Of a DNA stretch of 64,000 bases, positions 1 through 11,780 are shown in pieces. Each line of letters starts with the position of its first letter. Positions within the stretch are counted from its first letter, which is position 1. The position numbers and the translations under genes are program-made. The stretch comes from Ruditapes philippinarum (taxonomy: Eukaryota). Below the pieces are notes generated by a model, which was given only the letters and a program-made list of their open reading frames with translations, was not told the DNA's origin and made no database searches. The stretch spans positions 1-64,000 of the forward strand of contig NW_026864113.1 of assembly GCF_026571515.1 (NCBI RefSeq), given 5' to 3'.

Positions 1-603
1 GAATGCCGGCAGAGCCCCGGTAAATGCCTTGAAGGGCCCCGATGAATGCGGCAGAGCCCCGGAGGTGACGATCGAGCTAAGATTGATCACGAAGAGCCCC
101 GGCAAAACCCGTTTCATTTCAAAGGAATCACGCAATTTACGATGATTGCACTTATTTTCCTTCTGCCCAGTCTTGCATAAGGATTATTCAGAAAAATAAT
201 CATGAATTATTTATTAAATAGGAAGAAAAAATCATTTTAAATTGTCACAAATATATAAAATTAAAATTATGTATGAACGTCATCATTTTAGCGCGTTTTC
301 AATCCACCGTGGTTTTACCGGACTCGGCCGGGATCGTCCTTGGCTCTGCATAGATCGACCGGGGCTCTGCCGTCGTCATCCGCGAACGGCCAGGAAGCAC
401 CGGCATGAAAACGTAGCTTCACCTGGGCTCTGTTTGGAAGGTCTGGTGCATCTTCGTGTTAGTTTGGTATAAACTGTATTGCTGCCGGGTAAGTGTGACT
501 GCACCAATAATTTTCACCCCGGGTCGTCCCAGATCAACCCAGTAATTTACCGGGGGGGGGGGGAGGTCCTGGGCCTCTTCCGGGAGTAAGTGGGATCGCA
601 GCT
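1..603. mobile_element. Right part of a GC-rich non-autonomous DNA transposon (MITE; Harbinger- or Kolobok-like), truncated by the window start
   Basis: GC-rich island. The GGCAGAGCCCCGG subrepeat (8-20, 50-62) recurs inverted as CCGGGGCTCTGCC (359-371). The island ends ...AGTGGGATCGCAGCT followed by TTAA (604-607). Superfamily is inferred from the terminus only. Confidence 0.5.
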
Positions 604-1249
604 TTAATACCACGCGAGATATCTAATATCTACTGCTTTTTATGACTTGTTCTTATAAACGTCATTGCTTTGTGGTAAATTAATACTCACCTGTGTATAA
701 ATATCAAAATAAGATAGGAAGCAGGGGAAAATATAATTATCTAGCTTTCTGCAGCAATGAAAAATGATTGATAAGGTATAACTTGTGAACTACGAAAACA
801 CATTTTGTTAATTTTAAAATTAAAAATAATGATTGGTTTATAGCACAGGAAATGAATTCATTGTTAAAAAATATTCCATGTGGTTAATAATCGGTAGCTT
901 TTGTAATGTTAATATCTCAAAATAGAAACAATATCGCAGCGTGTCACACTGAGAATTGCACTTAAGAATCATTCTCTACCATTACTTGTGTTTTAATCAT
1001 CGTAAACTATACACATGTTTCATTATGGCGGAAATACTGAAACACGTGTTTAGAATAATTTTGAATGTGTTTTTCTTTTTCAAATATCACTTAAGTCATG
1101 TTTGTAAAATAGAAAGTACAAATTTGAATAACGTAGAATAAGCCATTTGGGAAACAGTAAAAACAGTAAAAGCACCCCGCCTGTGACAATCTATTTTCCC
1201 CATCCCCCGTTTTTTAAACAGAATGTCAACTTAAACATTCCCCCGGCGA

Positions 1250-4200
1250 ATATATGTATATTTTTCAAATATATCTCCCGTGTAAAAACCATTCTGTGGA
1301 GGAGTTTAAAAACAGTTTAGATGATATAGAAAATGTCATATGCAGATTTATTGATAAAGGTACAATTTTAGTCATGGGTGACTACAACACTGAAACTCCC
1401 TACAAGACAAGAAAAAATTCATTTTCAATTCGATAAAACGGGGAAACATGCTAGTGATCTCATGATCCGAAGTCAGCTAATTTGCCATTGAAGGATCGGA
1501 ACTGAGCTCTGGAGCAATGTACAGTAATGTACCGTATAATAGTGACGCGAGACACTTATTGATCACATATTAGTGCAGGCAGATAAGTTGAATTATATTG
1601 AATCATGCTAATATAATAGACGATGACAGCTTAAACGTATCGACACATCGTCCGATTATATGCACTGTGTTGATACCTCTTGTGCTATACAAGGAAGACA
1701 AGTCCGTTAAGCCGATTATTAACTGGAAAAATGTGAATGCAAATATCCAAGAATTGTATCGTAACAATTTAAACGAAAATTCTCAGTTAATGACTTTGCT
1801 GAATTCAGAAATTAGAACAAAAAACGATATAGATACACTGTACATTTCTATTGTTGAAATAGTGGAAGCAATATCAGAAAAATGTATACCAAAACCAAAA
1901 TTTAAACCCTATATTAAACCATATTGGAACAATGAACTTTCGAGACTTCATAAAGAGATGATTAAAAAGCGGCAATTATGGATGAGTGAAAATAGACCAA
2001 GAGACATAAATTGTCCTAGTTACATTGAATATAAGTCGTCTAAACGAGTTTTTCGACACATCCACAGAATGTATGTTACCGGCTACATAGAAAAATTAGA
2101 ACGCGAAATAGACACTGCTGCAGAGGTAGACAGCAACGAGTTCTGGAAACTGATTAACAAAAAAAGAAAATCAAAAAAAGAATGATCTTGTTTTTTGAAA
2201 TGGAATTTGATGGTGAGATGTGCAGTGACCCTACAAGTATAAATTCTGGATGGAAAAGCTATTTTGAAAAAGTTATATACGCCTACCCAAAACGACACTT
2301 TTAACAAAGAATATCTCTCAAAAATGTGAAAAAGGAACTGTGAAGACATTATTGGCTCAATTGAAAATACCAGTTTTGAGAAAATTAAGATTAATGAAAA
2401 TTTAGTCAAACAAGAAAACTAAAAACTTGTAAAAATGGAAAAGCTTGCGGGCACGATTCAATAAATTACGAACATATTAAATATGGCGCGGAACACTTTT
2501 GTTGTCTGTTATAACAAATTATATCAAGCCTATGTCGACTTCGTACACATACCCGATGAACTTAAGAAAGGTGTAATAACTACTTTATACGAAGGGTCAA
2601 ATAAAAATAAACGTAATCCAGAGAGTTAACGGGCTATATCGCTATGCTTAACAGTATTGAAATAATATGAAAAATGTATATTAACCTTCATGAATCGTGA
2701 AAATACAATGAAAGTAAATCCAATGCAAGGCGGGTTCCAGAATCATTTTAACTGCACAATGACATCATTTCTACTCGAGAAAGTATATTTTTCACAAACG
2801 AAAATAATGCAAAATTATTTACGTGCTTCTTAGACGCAAAACAAGCATTTGACCGCGTTTCTCATCCAGTTTTTGATGCTAAAATTATACAACACTGATA
2901 TTAATAAACATATATTTCAAAATAATATATGAAATGTTTCGAATGTTCAAAGCTGTGTAAGAACACAAGGACACACGTCTGAATGGTTCCAGATACTACA
3001 GGGAACAGGACATGGGTCAATGTACAAGTCCATTTATGTATTTGGGTCTTTATAGATGGTCTTATAATTAAAGTTGAAAGTTCTAGTCCATGTTTAAGCA
3101 TAGATGGTGTCAGCTTCGGTTGTCCTACTTCCGCTGATGACATGGTGCTGACGTCACTCACAAAAGACTGGTTTTAGACAGCTTAATTAATACATGTTAT
3201 GAATATTCAACTCACGAGCAATATTTGTATAATGCAAAGAAAAGTAATGTCGTCGTGTTTAATGAAACTGATAAAACATTACCAGAAAACTTCAAGAAAA
3301 TGGAAATTAGGCCCAGATAAAGTACTAGAAACAGATAATTATCTTCATTTAGGAATTCCGTGTAATAAGAATATGTGTCTCAATGAAAATATCAAAGAAG
3401 CATGTACAAAAACTGCGTAAAACGTATTTTAGTTTATCAGACTGTGGCTTGATAATTCTGGAATACATCCTATCTCAGCAAAACACCTCTATGAAAGATA
3501 GTATTACCTAGAGCTTTATTCGGTTGTGAACTTTGGTCCAATATAACAAAGACTCAAATAAAAATCGCTCCGAGGTTGTTCACCGACACATGTGTAAAAA
3601 ATATGCAGTCAATACCTCCGGTTTACACGAACAGACATCGCTTTAAGTCTTTTAGGTATACTTTCAATTGAACAAAGAAAATGACAAAAAAGAAAATGCT
3701 ATTCTCGGACAGCTGTGCAACTTAGACAAAGAGAAGAGAGTTTAAAAAATTATTTGACTTGCGCATTCAGAGTTTCATGAAACATCCGAGTAAAAACATT
3801 AGGGTTTATACCAGATATATACAGACTCTTAGGGGAAATACAGCTTAATACAATATTTTAACAATTACACCTTAAATGCAGTGTTTCTTCTAATAACGAT
3901 TGGAAACGAAAACTGTTAAAGCAACTGTTATTTAAGCATGCAAATTTCGAGTACAAGACCAGGTTAGAAAATGATGCTGCATTTATCTAGCTTTTTAAGT
4001 ATTCACATTGAGATACTTCCATGTAATGCCTGGCGATTCAGTCAACTATATCGTGATTACTTGCCATATTGTAGAACAATTGTATTTGTATTAGGTCAGT
4101 TGTTTTCTCATGATTATATTAGGATTATGTCCAGTATGTAGACGACTCTCACAATCTCGTGGTGCATCATGTATTGTTATTCTGCCCCTTAAATTTGACA

Positions 4201-4900
4201 TTTATAGACAAAACAATTGTGGGAAAAGATTCACAATTTCTTGGGCCTACGAAAATATACTTATTACTGCTCATTAAAACTATCATGAACAAAGTATTGA
4301 ACTGTTATCTGGGTTTCCATCCTTCAACATGGAAGATAGCACAGGGTGGCACTTTTAAAACTGTAGCTAGATCAATACATTACATGTCTGTTCCACTACA
4401 TACAGTATACGGATGAATAAGGGCTTGTGTTTTAGATATATTTGATAGAAGGTGTCTGCAATACATAGCTTTAAAAGAATTTGAAACGACAACAACTCGT
4501 GCTTGAAATACTTTGTTAACATTTAAATGTTATATGATGGTAAACAATTTTAATGCATTTTGTCCTATAACAAATTGTTAACGTTTTGCGTTTGGTATAA
4601 TTACGAATGTGGTGATTATCTTTACTAAGCATGTTAAAAACTCATTTTGTAATGATTACAAATATGAATTACGTGTAGTAATTACGTCTATCATTTGTTT
4701 GTAATGGGTTGTAAATATCCGCTTCTTAAACCTTATACCATTACAGGATGTATGAATATGTTTAAAACAATGTTAATATCATATAAAACTGTTATATATG
4801 TAACTGTAATATTTGTAAATATGTCACGATTATATTATATTTTTTACATAATTATGATATGCTCTTCTAAATGGAGGAAATAAAGAATATCTATCTATCA
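1250..4900 (+). mobile_element. LINE (non-LTR retrotransposon), RTE-X-like, 5'-truncated within the endonuclease
   Basis: APE motifs (IYLP...VMGDYN, LIDHILV, STHRPI). RT motifs (KACGHDSINYEHIKYG, QGGFQ, CFLDAKQAFDRV, SADDMVL, YLHLGI). C-terminal CPVC...HHVLLFC. 3' end is AATAAA (4879-4884) plus a (TATC)n tail. Clade assignment is tentative. Confidence 0.85.
1254..4416 (+). pseudogene. Frameshifted LINE ORF2 (apurinic endonuclease + reverse transcriptase + CCHC-like C-terminus)
   Basis: ORF fragments 1254-1436, 1598-2185, 2983-3177, 3199-3420 and 4159-4416 join into one ORF2 across many 1-nt indels. Confidence 0.85.
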
Positions 4901-5059
4901 ATCTTCTTACAGTTTCTTTATGCTGAAAGTTGCTATTACGGTGCCATAAAACCGGTCCATATGCACATGCATTATTGCTAACACGTTTTTTAACAGTTTA
5001 TAAAAGCATCACTACTTAATGAAATAATACAGATTATATTCAAGTTCGACTGTGCAAGA

Positions 5060-5190
5060 GGCTGTAAGAATATGTTCATGGAATCAACCAGTACTGAGCA
5101 ATGAGCGTTAAGTGCCTTACTTAAGCGTACAACGGTTTGCCCCTTACGGGAGATAAATCAAGCGGCAAGCTGACCTTTACCAATCGGCAT
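5060..5190 (-). mobile_element. CORE-type SINE fragment
   Basis: Reverse complement reads ...GGCACTTAACGCTCATTGCTCAGTACTGGTTGATTCC, which resembles the CORE domain of mollusc SINEs. Confidence 0.5.
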
Positions 5191-5679
5191 TTACCTAATA
5201 CAGTAAAGGAATGAAAAATGTCTGTTCAGCGCACGTAGATACATATCTGTAACTATGATTGATTAATAAAAAAGGCAGAAATTTTGAATTGGTCTTAACT
5301 ATGAGCATTCCTTCACGTTTATCTAAATATGTGAAATAACAACGTACGCCCAGGAAATGGCTGATAATTTAACATTATATAAAGCTCATTTTTAAAAAAA
5401 AAATCGGATTCTTGTAAGATTCAATATCAATGGAAATGTATTCAATATAAAAAGAAATGTCAAAGGGACAAAAGCAATACTAGTATACAAAAATGCCCGT
5501 TTTTATATTAATAACCAAATCAATGACAGTTTTTCTTTTAGTATTTACCCTTTTTTCCAAAAAGTTTTAAGTTATACAATAGTATAAGCAATAAACATCA
5601 GTTGAATGACTTCCCCATGCGCGTGAAATTTATTGTGAAAATAATTTGAACAATTAATACTTATATTACAATACGTTAA

Positions 5680-6240
5680 ACAAGATCAACAAGGAAGGAC
5701 GGCGTTCATTGAACGCAACCTCCACACGACCCAGCAACACATACCACGGGAATGAAACCCAGCAGGACCCTAAACCAAAACAGAACAGGGCACAAGGGGT
5801 ATTACTTGAATGATACATAATAGGAATTAATAAAATCCGACAAGGAAATTAAAGAGACGATTCATTAATAGGCATACAAACGTAAAGGGGTGTAGTGGAA
5901 AGAGACTAAAGGGTCAGGGAGGGGAGGTCAAAACTAGGGTCAAAGGGAAGATATTTACCCTTGACGATAAAACAAGCAGGGACACGAAATTGTCATCATA
6001 ATAGCATGAAACAACAAAGACATACATCTGAGGAACACAGAAGGGCGCCGCCATGGAACGATTAGCAGCATAAGCACTGTTGGGGAGTTTAAACAGGTTA
6101 ATGGTGCACCAAACCTCAACCCCTTAACCCCACGATGTTCCTTTAAACGAGACTATGTAAGTAAAACAAATCCCCAACAAGTGAAATTCTAACAGTTGTT
6201 ATGGTAACAAAGAGTGAAAAAAGTAAAACACAGACATGAT
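5680..6240 (-). mobile_element. Penelope-like (Naiad-type) 3' UTR/pseudo-LTR fragment
   Basis: Reverse complement of the non-coding part that follows the PLE ORF at 10,550-11,775 (shared GGTGCACCA...TTTAAACTCCCC, GGCGGCGCCC, CGTTCA.TGAACGCCG...CCTTGTTGATCTTGTTT). Confidence 0.7.
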
Positions 6241-7244
6241 CACATAGACACATATAAAAGTGATATATACATATAAAGAAGGGAACATAATATATACATA
6301 TATTTTTTATATAAACATATAAAGTTAATAAGCAGTTATGACCTGGCGAATTTACGATGTATTTGTACTTCATAAATTGAGTAAGATTAAAAAGTGTTAT
6401 TGAGAACTACAACTACACTCATCATAATTAGTAAAATTTCAAGAAATGGTATCTGGACACTTTTCATACATTTATTATACTAGAATAAGTTTGAGAAAGA
6501 GCTTAAACCCTCACCTAATAGTCTGTAATTAATGCTATTCACACTCCGAATAATTACCATGGACTGGCAATAAATGTCTGAAAGATTTACAATCCAATAG
6601 ATGTTGGTTCAACTGTAAGTAAATAACTACTTTGCTCTGAAAGTTTATCGAACGCTAATTTGCAGAGCTGATGTATTAATAGCCATCTTATGATAGTAAG
6701 GTTATAGCAGAGCATTCATAGAAAATACCATGAAAATTAAGTTGTTGAGTAAAACGAAGCTTTGGTTTTAAATGATGATAAGCAAGAGAGATGTTTATTT
6801 CATGTGAATTAGAAAGAAACAACATATAATAAATATTTAAATTAACTATTTTACTACGTATCCGAGGAACGCATGTTTTTTTAGTTATTTTCCGTAAAGC
6901 TGTAATGACAATAAAATATAGGAATTTTCAATAATTCAATTGATACATACACATCTTTATCCTGCCGTTTTACATTCGATCTGAAAATAATTAGAAAATT
7001 TAATCATACCGATAATAGCATATTTTTTTTGTTTTTTTGTTTTTTAATTTTAATTTTCAGTGTAAAGTTTAATTAGAACTCCCGACCCTCTTCCACAATT
7101 TCCTATTTCACTAATTAAGTTTGAAGTCTGTAAACTTTATTTAACGCAAAAGAAAACCTTTGCACATTGTCGATTTTACATTGAAATATTTTTCCTGAAA
7201 CTGGAAATATACGTAGATATATTTTTGTAATTTATAAATTACTT

Positions 7245-7345
7245 TCGAGTTCGCTTCCTGGAGCCAACCAGTACTGGTGTCATATGAAGAAACATAGTCC
7301 TAGCTTGAAAGCAGACACCATATCCACTAGACCAACGCTCCCCTT
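7245..7345 (-). mobile_element. tRNA-derived SINE remnant (head plus CORE-like tail, internally deleted)
   Basis: Minus strand begins GGGGAGCGTTGGTCTAGTGGATATGGTGTCTGC (Pol III A-box-like) and later has CAGTACTGGTTGGCTCCAGGAAGCGAACTCG. Confidence 0.55.
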
Positions 7346-7384
7346 AACATAATATTAAAAAAAATTGGACTTCAAAATGTTTAT

Positions 7385-7550
7385 CTTGTTTGGTTTTACG
7401 GCGCACTAACTCAATTGATATGGCGCCGAAACAGGAACAATGTGTTTGGCTTACTTCGGGTGTAACAAATCACCTCACCTGCTCCAGTAATTCGAACCCA
7501 TTTAGTCGCCTTTAACGATCGTGTAGGAATAAATTGGGATTACTATTCTG
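7385..7550 (-). mobile_element. Meta-type SINE fragment
   Basis: TTTAGTCGCCTTTAACGATC...CTATTCT core-like motif and a GTTTGGTTTTACGGCGCAC tail. A similar tail lies at ~9025-9070. Confidence 0.45.
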
Positions 7551-7629
7551 TTGCCTAAACGCTTAAGGGCAATCCCTCACCCAACTCCGGGCCACACCAT
7601 GAGTTCCAAACACCAGAATGGCTAACAAT

Positions 7630-7920
7630 TACTGTATAGTCAACAGAAACTTTCTGATCTTTTCTTAAATGAGTGGTACTTACATATTGAAAATACGAGC
7701 AAAAGTGCAAACTACAAACTGTTTAAAACAAAACTTGAATTTGAGAAAAACTTAATTAATGCACCACTAAATACTTAAGATATATGATTAACTTCCAAAC
7801 AAGAAGCCATAGACACCCTAAAGAAACTGGATCTTGTCACAGAATCCCATTATATCTTAGAACTTGTACGAAATGCAACAGTGGTATTGGCGATGAATTC
7901 CATTATCTTTTCGAATGTTT
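7630..7920 (+). mobile_element. LINE ORF2 C-terminal fragment (RTE-X-like zinc-knuckle region)
   Basis: Translates as EWYLHIENTSKSANYKLFKTKLEFEK.../INFQTRSHRHPKETG...RTCTKCNSGIGDEFHYLFEC. Confidence 0.75.
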
Positions 7921-7980
7921 TTGTTGGGTATTTGTAAGCGCCTGTTAAAAGCAAAATATTACAACCCGTTGTTATTATTG

Positions 7981-8345
7981 ATGGTGGTACGGTGGTAAAA
8001 GCGCGATGGTACGATGGTGAAAACGCGATGGCACGATGGCGAAAATGCGATTGTACGATGGTGAAAACGCGATGGTACTATGATGAAAACACAATGATTC
8101 GATGGTGAAAACGCGATGACACGATGGTGAAAACGCGATGGTACTATGATGAAAACACGATGGTACGATGGTAGAAACACGATCGTACGATGGTGAAAGC
8201 GCGATGGTACGATGGTGAAAGCGTGATGGTACGATGATGGATTCGCAATGGTACGATGGTGAAAACACAATGGCACGATGGTGAAAACGCGATGGTACGA
8301 TAGTGAAAGCGCGATGGTACGATGGTGAAAACACAATGGTAAAAC
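7981..8345. repeat. Minisatellite, ~16 copies of a 22-bp unit (ACGATGGTGAAAACGCGATGGT)
   Basis: Periodicity is directly visible. It explains the spurious ORFs 7959-8336 and 7975-8334. Confidence 0.95.
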
Positions 8346-9249
8346 GAGCCTACATCTCCATCATTTTTGCCGATAAGGACATGCTTTCGGGATTATTGTT
8401 TTCCCTATTTAATAGAACACCAATTTCATTATATATGTATTATGTCTAATATAGATGATATTTTATCTCTAAGTAGTATGTGTCAACCTTCATTACGCGT
8501 TAAATACAGTGAGTGTTGTGTAATTTTTTAAAGTCAAAAATGCGTTCAATATATAGTATATATTTTTTTACTGGATAATATTAATTATTTTATCTCCTAT
8601 TTTCTAAGCCTTTTATAACACATATGTGTGACAGAAACTGTAGGAAAAAAATAACCATTGGTGGTTTGTTTGCCTTTTACAAACTAGACTAGCTTGTCTG
8701 TCGAATGATCCGGTTAATAACCGATTATTTTTCTTAGAGTTGACCGGTTCATGACATTTTAAGTCACTGTTTTTTCTTCTTAAAAAGTGTTTATTAATCT
8801 ATTCTAATCAGCTTAACACTTCAGTAAACAGCTTAAAAGGCTCATTGTGTGTGTTGAGTCTTGTATTTTACTATTTTAGTTATAAATACTCTCGTACCGT
8901 CCATAAACAGGCTCAATCAAACCGAACCTTCAACTTTTTCAATTTTGTCGTTTAATCTAAGAATCCATTTTTCCCTATTTAAACAGTTTACTAGTGTCAT
9001 TGATTGCATAACAAAATATTCACTCGCTTGTTTGTTTGTTCGTTTGTTTGGGTTTCACGTCGACACTGTAACATGAACAGCCATACCGTGCCGAACAAAC
9101 TAATAAGTAGGCCTTAAATAAGTTGGTGTGCAAGTCAACAGAGGAACACCTTCTTCGACATTTGACGAAAAAATATATTTTGAGCATATTTTATGACGGC
9201 CTATCGGTGTAATTTCCTTTGGTTTGAAGAATTTGCCGCCATGACTTGG

Positions 9250-9520
9250 TTTAAATCTACTTTTCTAGCAGGAAATGTACATTTGGATGATACACAGGCT
9301 GCATACTGAAGAAAAAGTTGTTGTCGACGTAGATAAAAGAGGGTTCTTCTGTTCTTCTGTTCAACATGAAGACACTGTCGATGTTCGAAATGCGCCTTAT
9401 GCTACACGAAGGCCTTGATGATGTACATTATCGAGCATTGCGTAAGTATGATTTTCTAGTCAGGTCGTGAACTATAGAACCACAATCCATTGTTAGGATA
9501 CTTCTATATCGCTTCAATGT
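9250..9520 (-). mobile_element. Old I/Nimb-clade LINE RT C-terminal fragment (also at ~26,290-26,540 and ~34,710-34,960)
   Basis: Across frameshifts it reads YRSILTMDCGSIVH...RKSYL/MLDNVHHQGLRVA*GAFRTS...QYAA, matching the typical LDYGSIVY..ARKSYL..LD.IHHQGLRL.LGAFRTSP region. Confidence 0.7.
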
Positions 9521-9799
9521 AGTACAATAATTTGTTCCACGGTACATTCTAGGAAAAGCAATTAAGAAAGTTGATTTTTTGATAATATGGACAAATGGAG
9601 GAGAGTTACTCATCAAAATATAACTAAATTTATGAATTGAAATAATGTTGATTTATTGTTTTTATCAATTTGAAAAGTTGCTATTTTGTTAGGAGTGACA
9701 AAGATTTCACATTTGAAAGTTCCCATTACATATTAACAGCCTCATTTAATGTGATGAATCAGTAAATTAAATATCAAGTTTGTCGTTTCTATGCTTTAA

Positions 9800-11780
9800 G
9801 TTTTCTCAGTTAATAAGATTCGCTAGAGCTTGTAGCAACGTAAAGGATTTTAACGAGCGAAAAAAATTCATTACCGGTAAGCTACTCAAACAGGGCTACC
9901 GCTATTATAACTTACGTAAATATTTTACAAAATTTTACAATCGTAACTTTGATTTAATTTCAAAATTCAATAGTGATCTAAAAACTCTTCTGCGACAAGG
10001 GATTAGCCAGCCTGATTTTTACGGGGATGTTGTTTACAAACTTCGAAAGATGCTGGGTTTACAAACTTCTCCAATCAAACCGAGCCTGCAACAATTTCAA
10101 TTGTGTTGTGTTGGGCTTTCTTTAGGGATTCTGTATTTCTCTATTTCGTAAGATCTTGGGTCATTGTAATTTTTCTGTTGTCTTTACTAAAATTATTAAA
10201 CTTCTTTTTAAAAGGGGTTATGACCCTTCTATTTTAAGACATACCGCATGCTTGGTGTTCAACCCATTTACAGTTGGACGCTACGCTTTCCTCTTTTGAT
10301 TACATTTGACGGACCAAGTGGGAGACTCTATGATGGACAGTTCTTAAAGCCCTTTGGGATTTAATTGCCTTAATGTTCGTCTTCTGTCTTGCTTCGTCAG
10401 TCCCTTGTAGGTGACCTTCTTGTTGCTCCGTCTTCCTTTAAGACATTGAGTAATTTTGTTATAATGGTCATTGGGTTTTCTTTTGTATGTTTCTACATGA
10501 GCATGTCGATGTTTAACTTATTTCACCTTTTATAACCATGACAACTGTTAGAATTTCACTTAACGGGGATTCATTTTAATCAAACTGTCTCGTTTATAGG
10601 AACATGTTTGGGCTAAGGGTGAGGTTTGGTGCACCATTTACCAGTTTAAACTCCCCAGCAGTATTTAGCTGCTGACCGTTCCAAGGCGGCGCCCCTCTGT
10701 GGTCCTCAGATGTATGTCTATGTTGTTTTATTCAAACATTACAACTTGGGAATAAAGAAAAAGAGAAATCAGTTCAAAAAACGTACTAGTATTTATTTAT
10801 AAAAACGTGTTGGCATGAAAACGGCCATGGCTGGATAAAAGCATTTTAATTATTTAACCTATTTAACCTATTGAAATGTCTATGTGTTTCGAGTTAAAAC
10901 TACTAAATGTTTTTACTTTAACTGTTTTTGCCCCGGCAGCGGTTGCAAAATCGTGGTAGCACATGCTTCAACTCAAGGTTCACAGGTACAGATGATGAAA
11001 TCACTTTACATGTCTGTTTTAACAAAATGATCAGCTCCGATAAAGGTCGCTGAGAATTATAAGCATTCTCATGTTTCTGCATCTTTCTGTTCCAGCCATG
11101 ACGTGCTAATAGTGTTATCTGAAAACATAAAAAAGGAAGAAAGCAAAGAAATTGAACGGGTTGGGTTTGTGGTGGGATTCAAGATTTGAAATGTAAAATT
11201 AGATTATTTAACGATAATCTAGTCTACCTTGTCTATGGTGAGCCACGATTGAAAGACCGTTCCCAGAATTTTTCTGCTTTATATATGACATAATCCAGTG
11301 TTAGTTGTCTCCCCTGACAACTCGTTTGAGGCCCTACTGGGTGCTATTATAAAAATGTTAAGTTGTAAGATTTGAATAAAAGATTTAATAATCTAGCGGA
11401 TAAATCGTATATTATACTGTTTTGGTGACACTTTTGTGTCTCTTGTTGCTTTCTCGTCTACGGTAAGTATCTCCCCTTTGTCCCTAGTTTTTATTTATTT
11501 TATTTCCCCCACCCCCTTCCCCGGGTCTCATGTCCCCTTCCCCTGTGCCTTTTGATATTATAGGCCTAGTATTCAATCATTTATTTGTTTTCTTTAAGTT
11601 CCTTTTCAGTTACTATTTATTTATTCTTATGTAGTAGTTTGCCTGCCGTGCTCTGCCTTGTGCCCTGTCCTGATTTTGTTTGGGGCCTTCCTGGGCTCCT
11701 AGCCGCTAGCTCTTGTTACTGGGTCGGGTGGGGGCTGCGTTCATTGAACGCCGCTTTTCCTTGTTGATCTTGTTTATCAT
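9800..11780 (+). mobile_element. 5'-truncated Penelope-like element, Naiad-type (RT C-terminus + 3' pseudo-LTR), with nested insertions at ~10,070-10,145 and ~10,733-11,414
   Basis: SQLIRFARACS...KLLKQGY...KFYNR...GISQPDFYGDVVYKLRK / RKILG...KRGYDPSILRHTACLVFNPFTVGRYAFLF. The ORF ends after the RT with no C-terminal GIY-YIG. The element is absent from the paralogous sites (~18,560 and ~26,900). Confidence 0.8.
10325..10378 (+). promoter_or_regulatory. SECIS-like stem-loop (degenerate) at the end of the PLE ORF
   Basis: ATGA (10330-33), 11 nt, AAA (10346-48), GCCC/TTT/GGG mini-helix, then the 3' arm. The 3' core reads TAAT instead of TGAN. Confidence 0.4.

Noticed and set aside
7300-7345. tRNA gene
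   Set aside because: Only an A-box-like head with no complete cloverleaf or B-box; SINE-derived.
7959-8336. 125-aa and 119-aa His/Ser/Pro-rich ORFs; possible CRISPR-like array
   Set aside because: These are translations of a 22-bp minisatellite. There are no unique spacers, no cas genes, and the context is eukaryotic.
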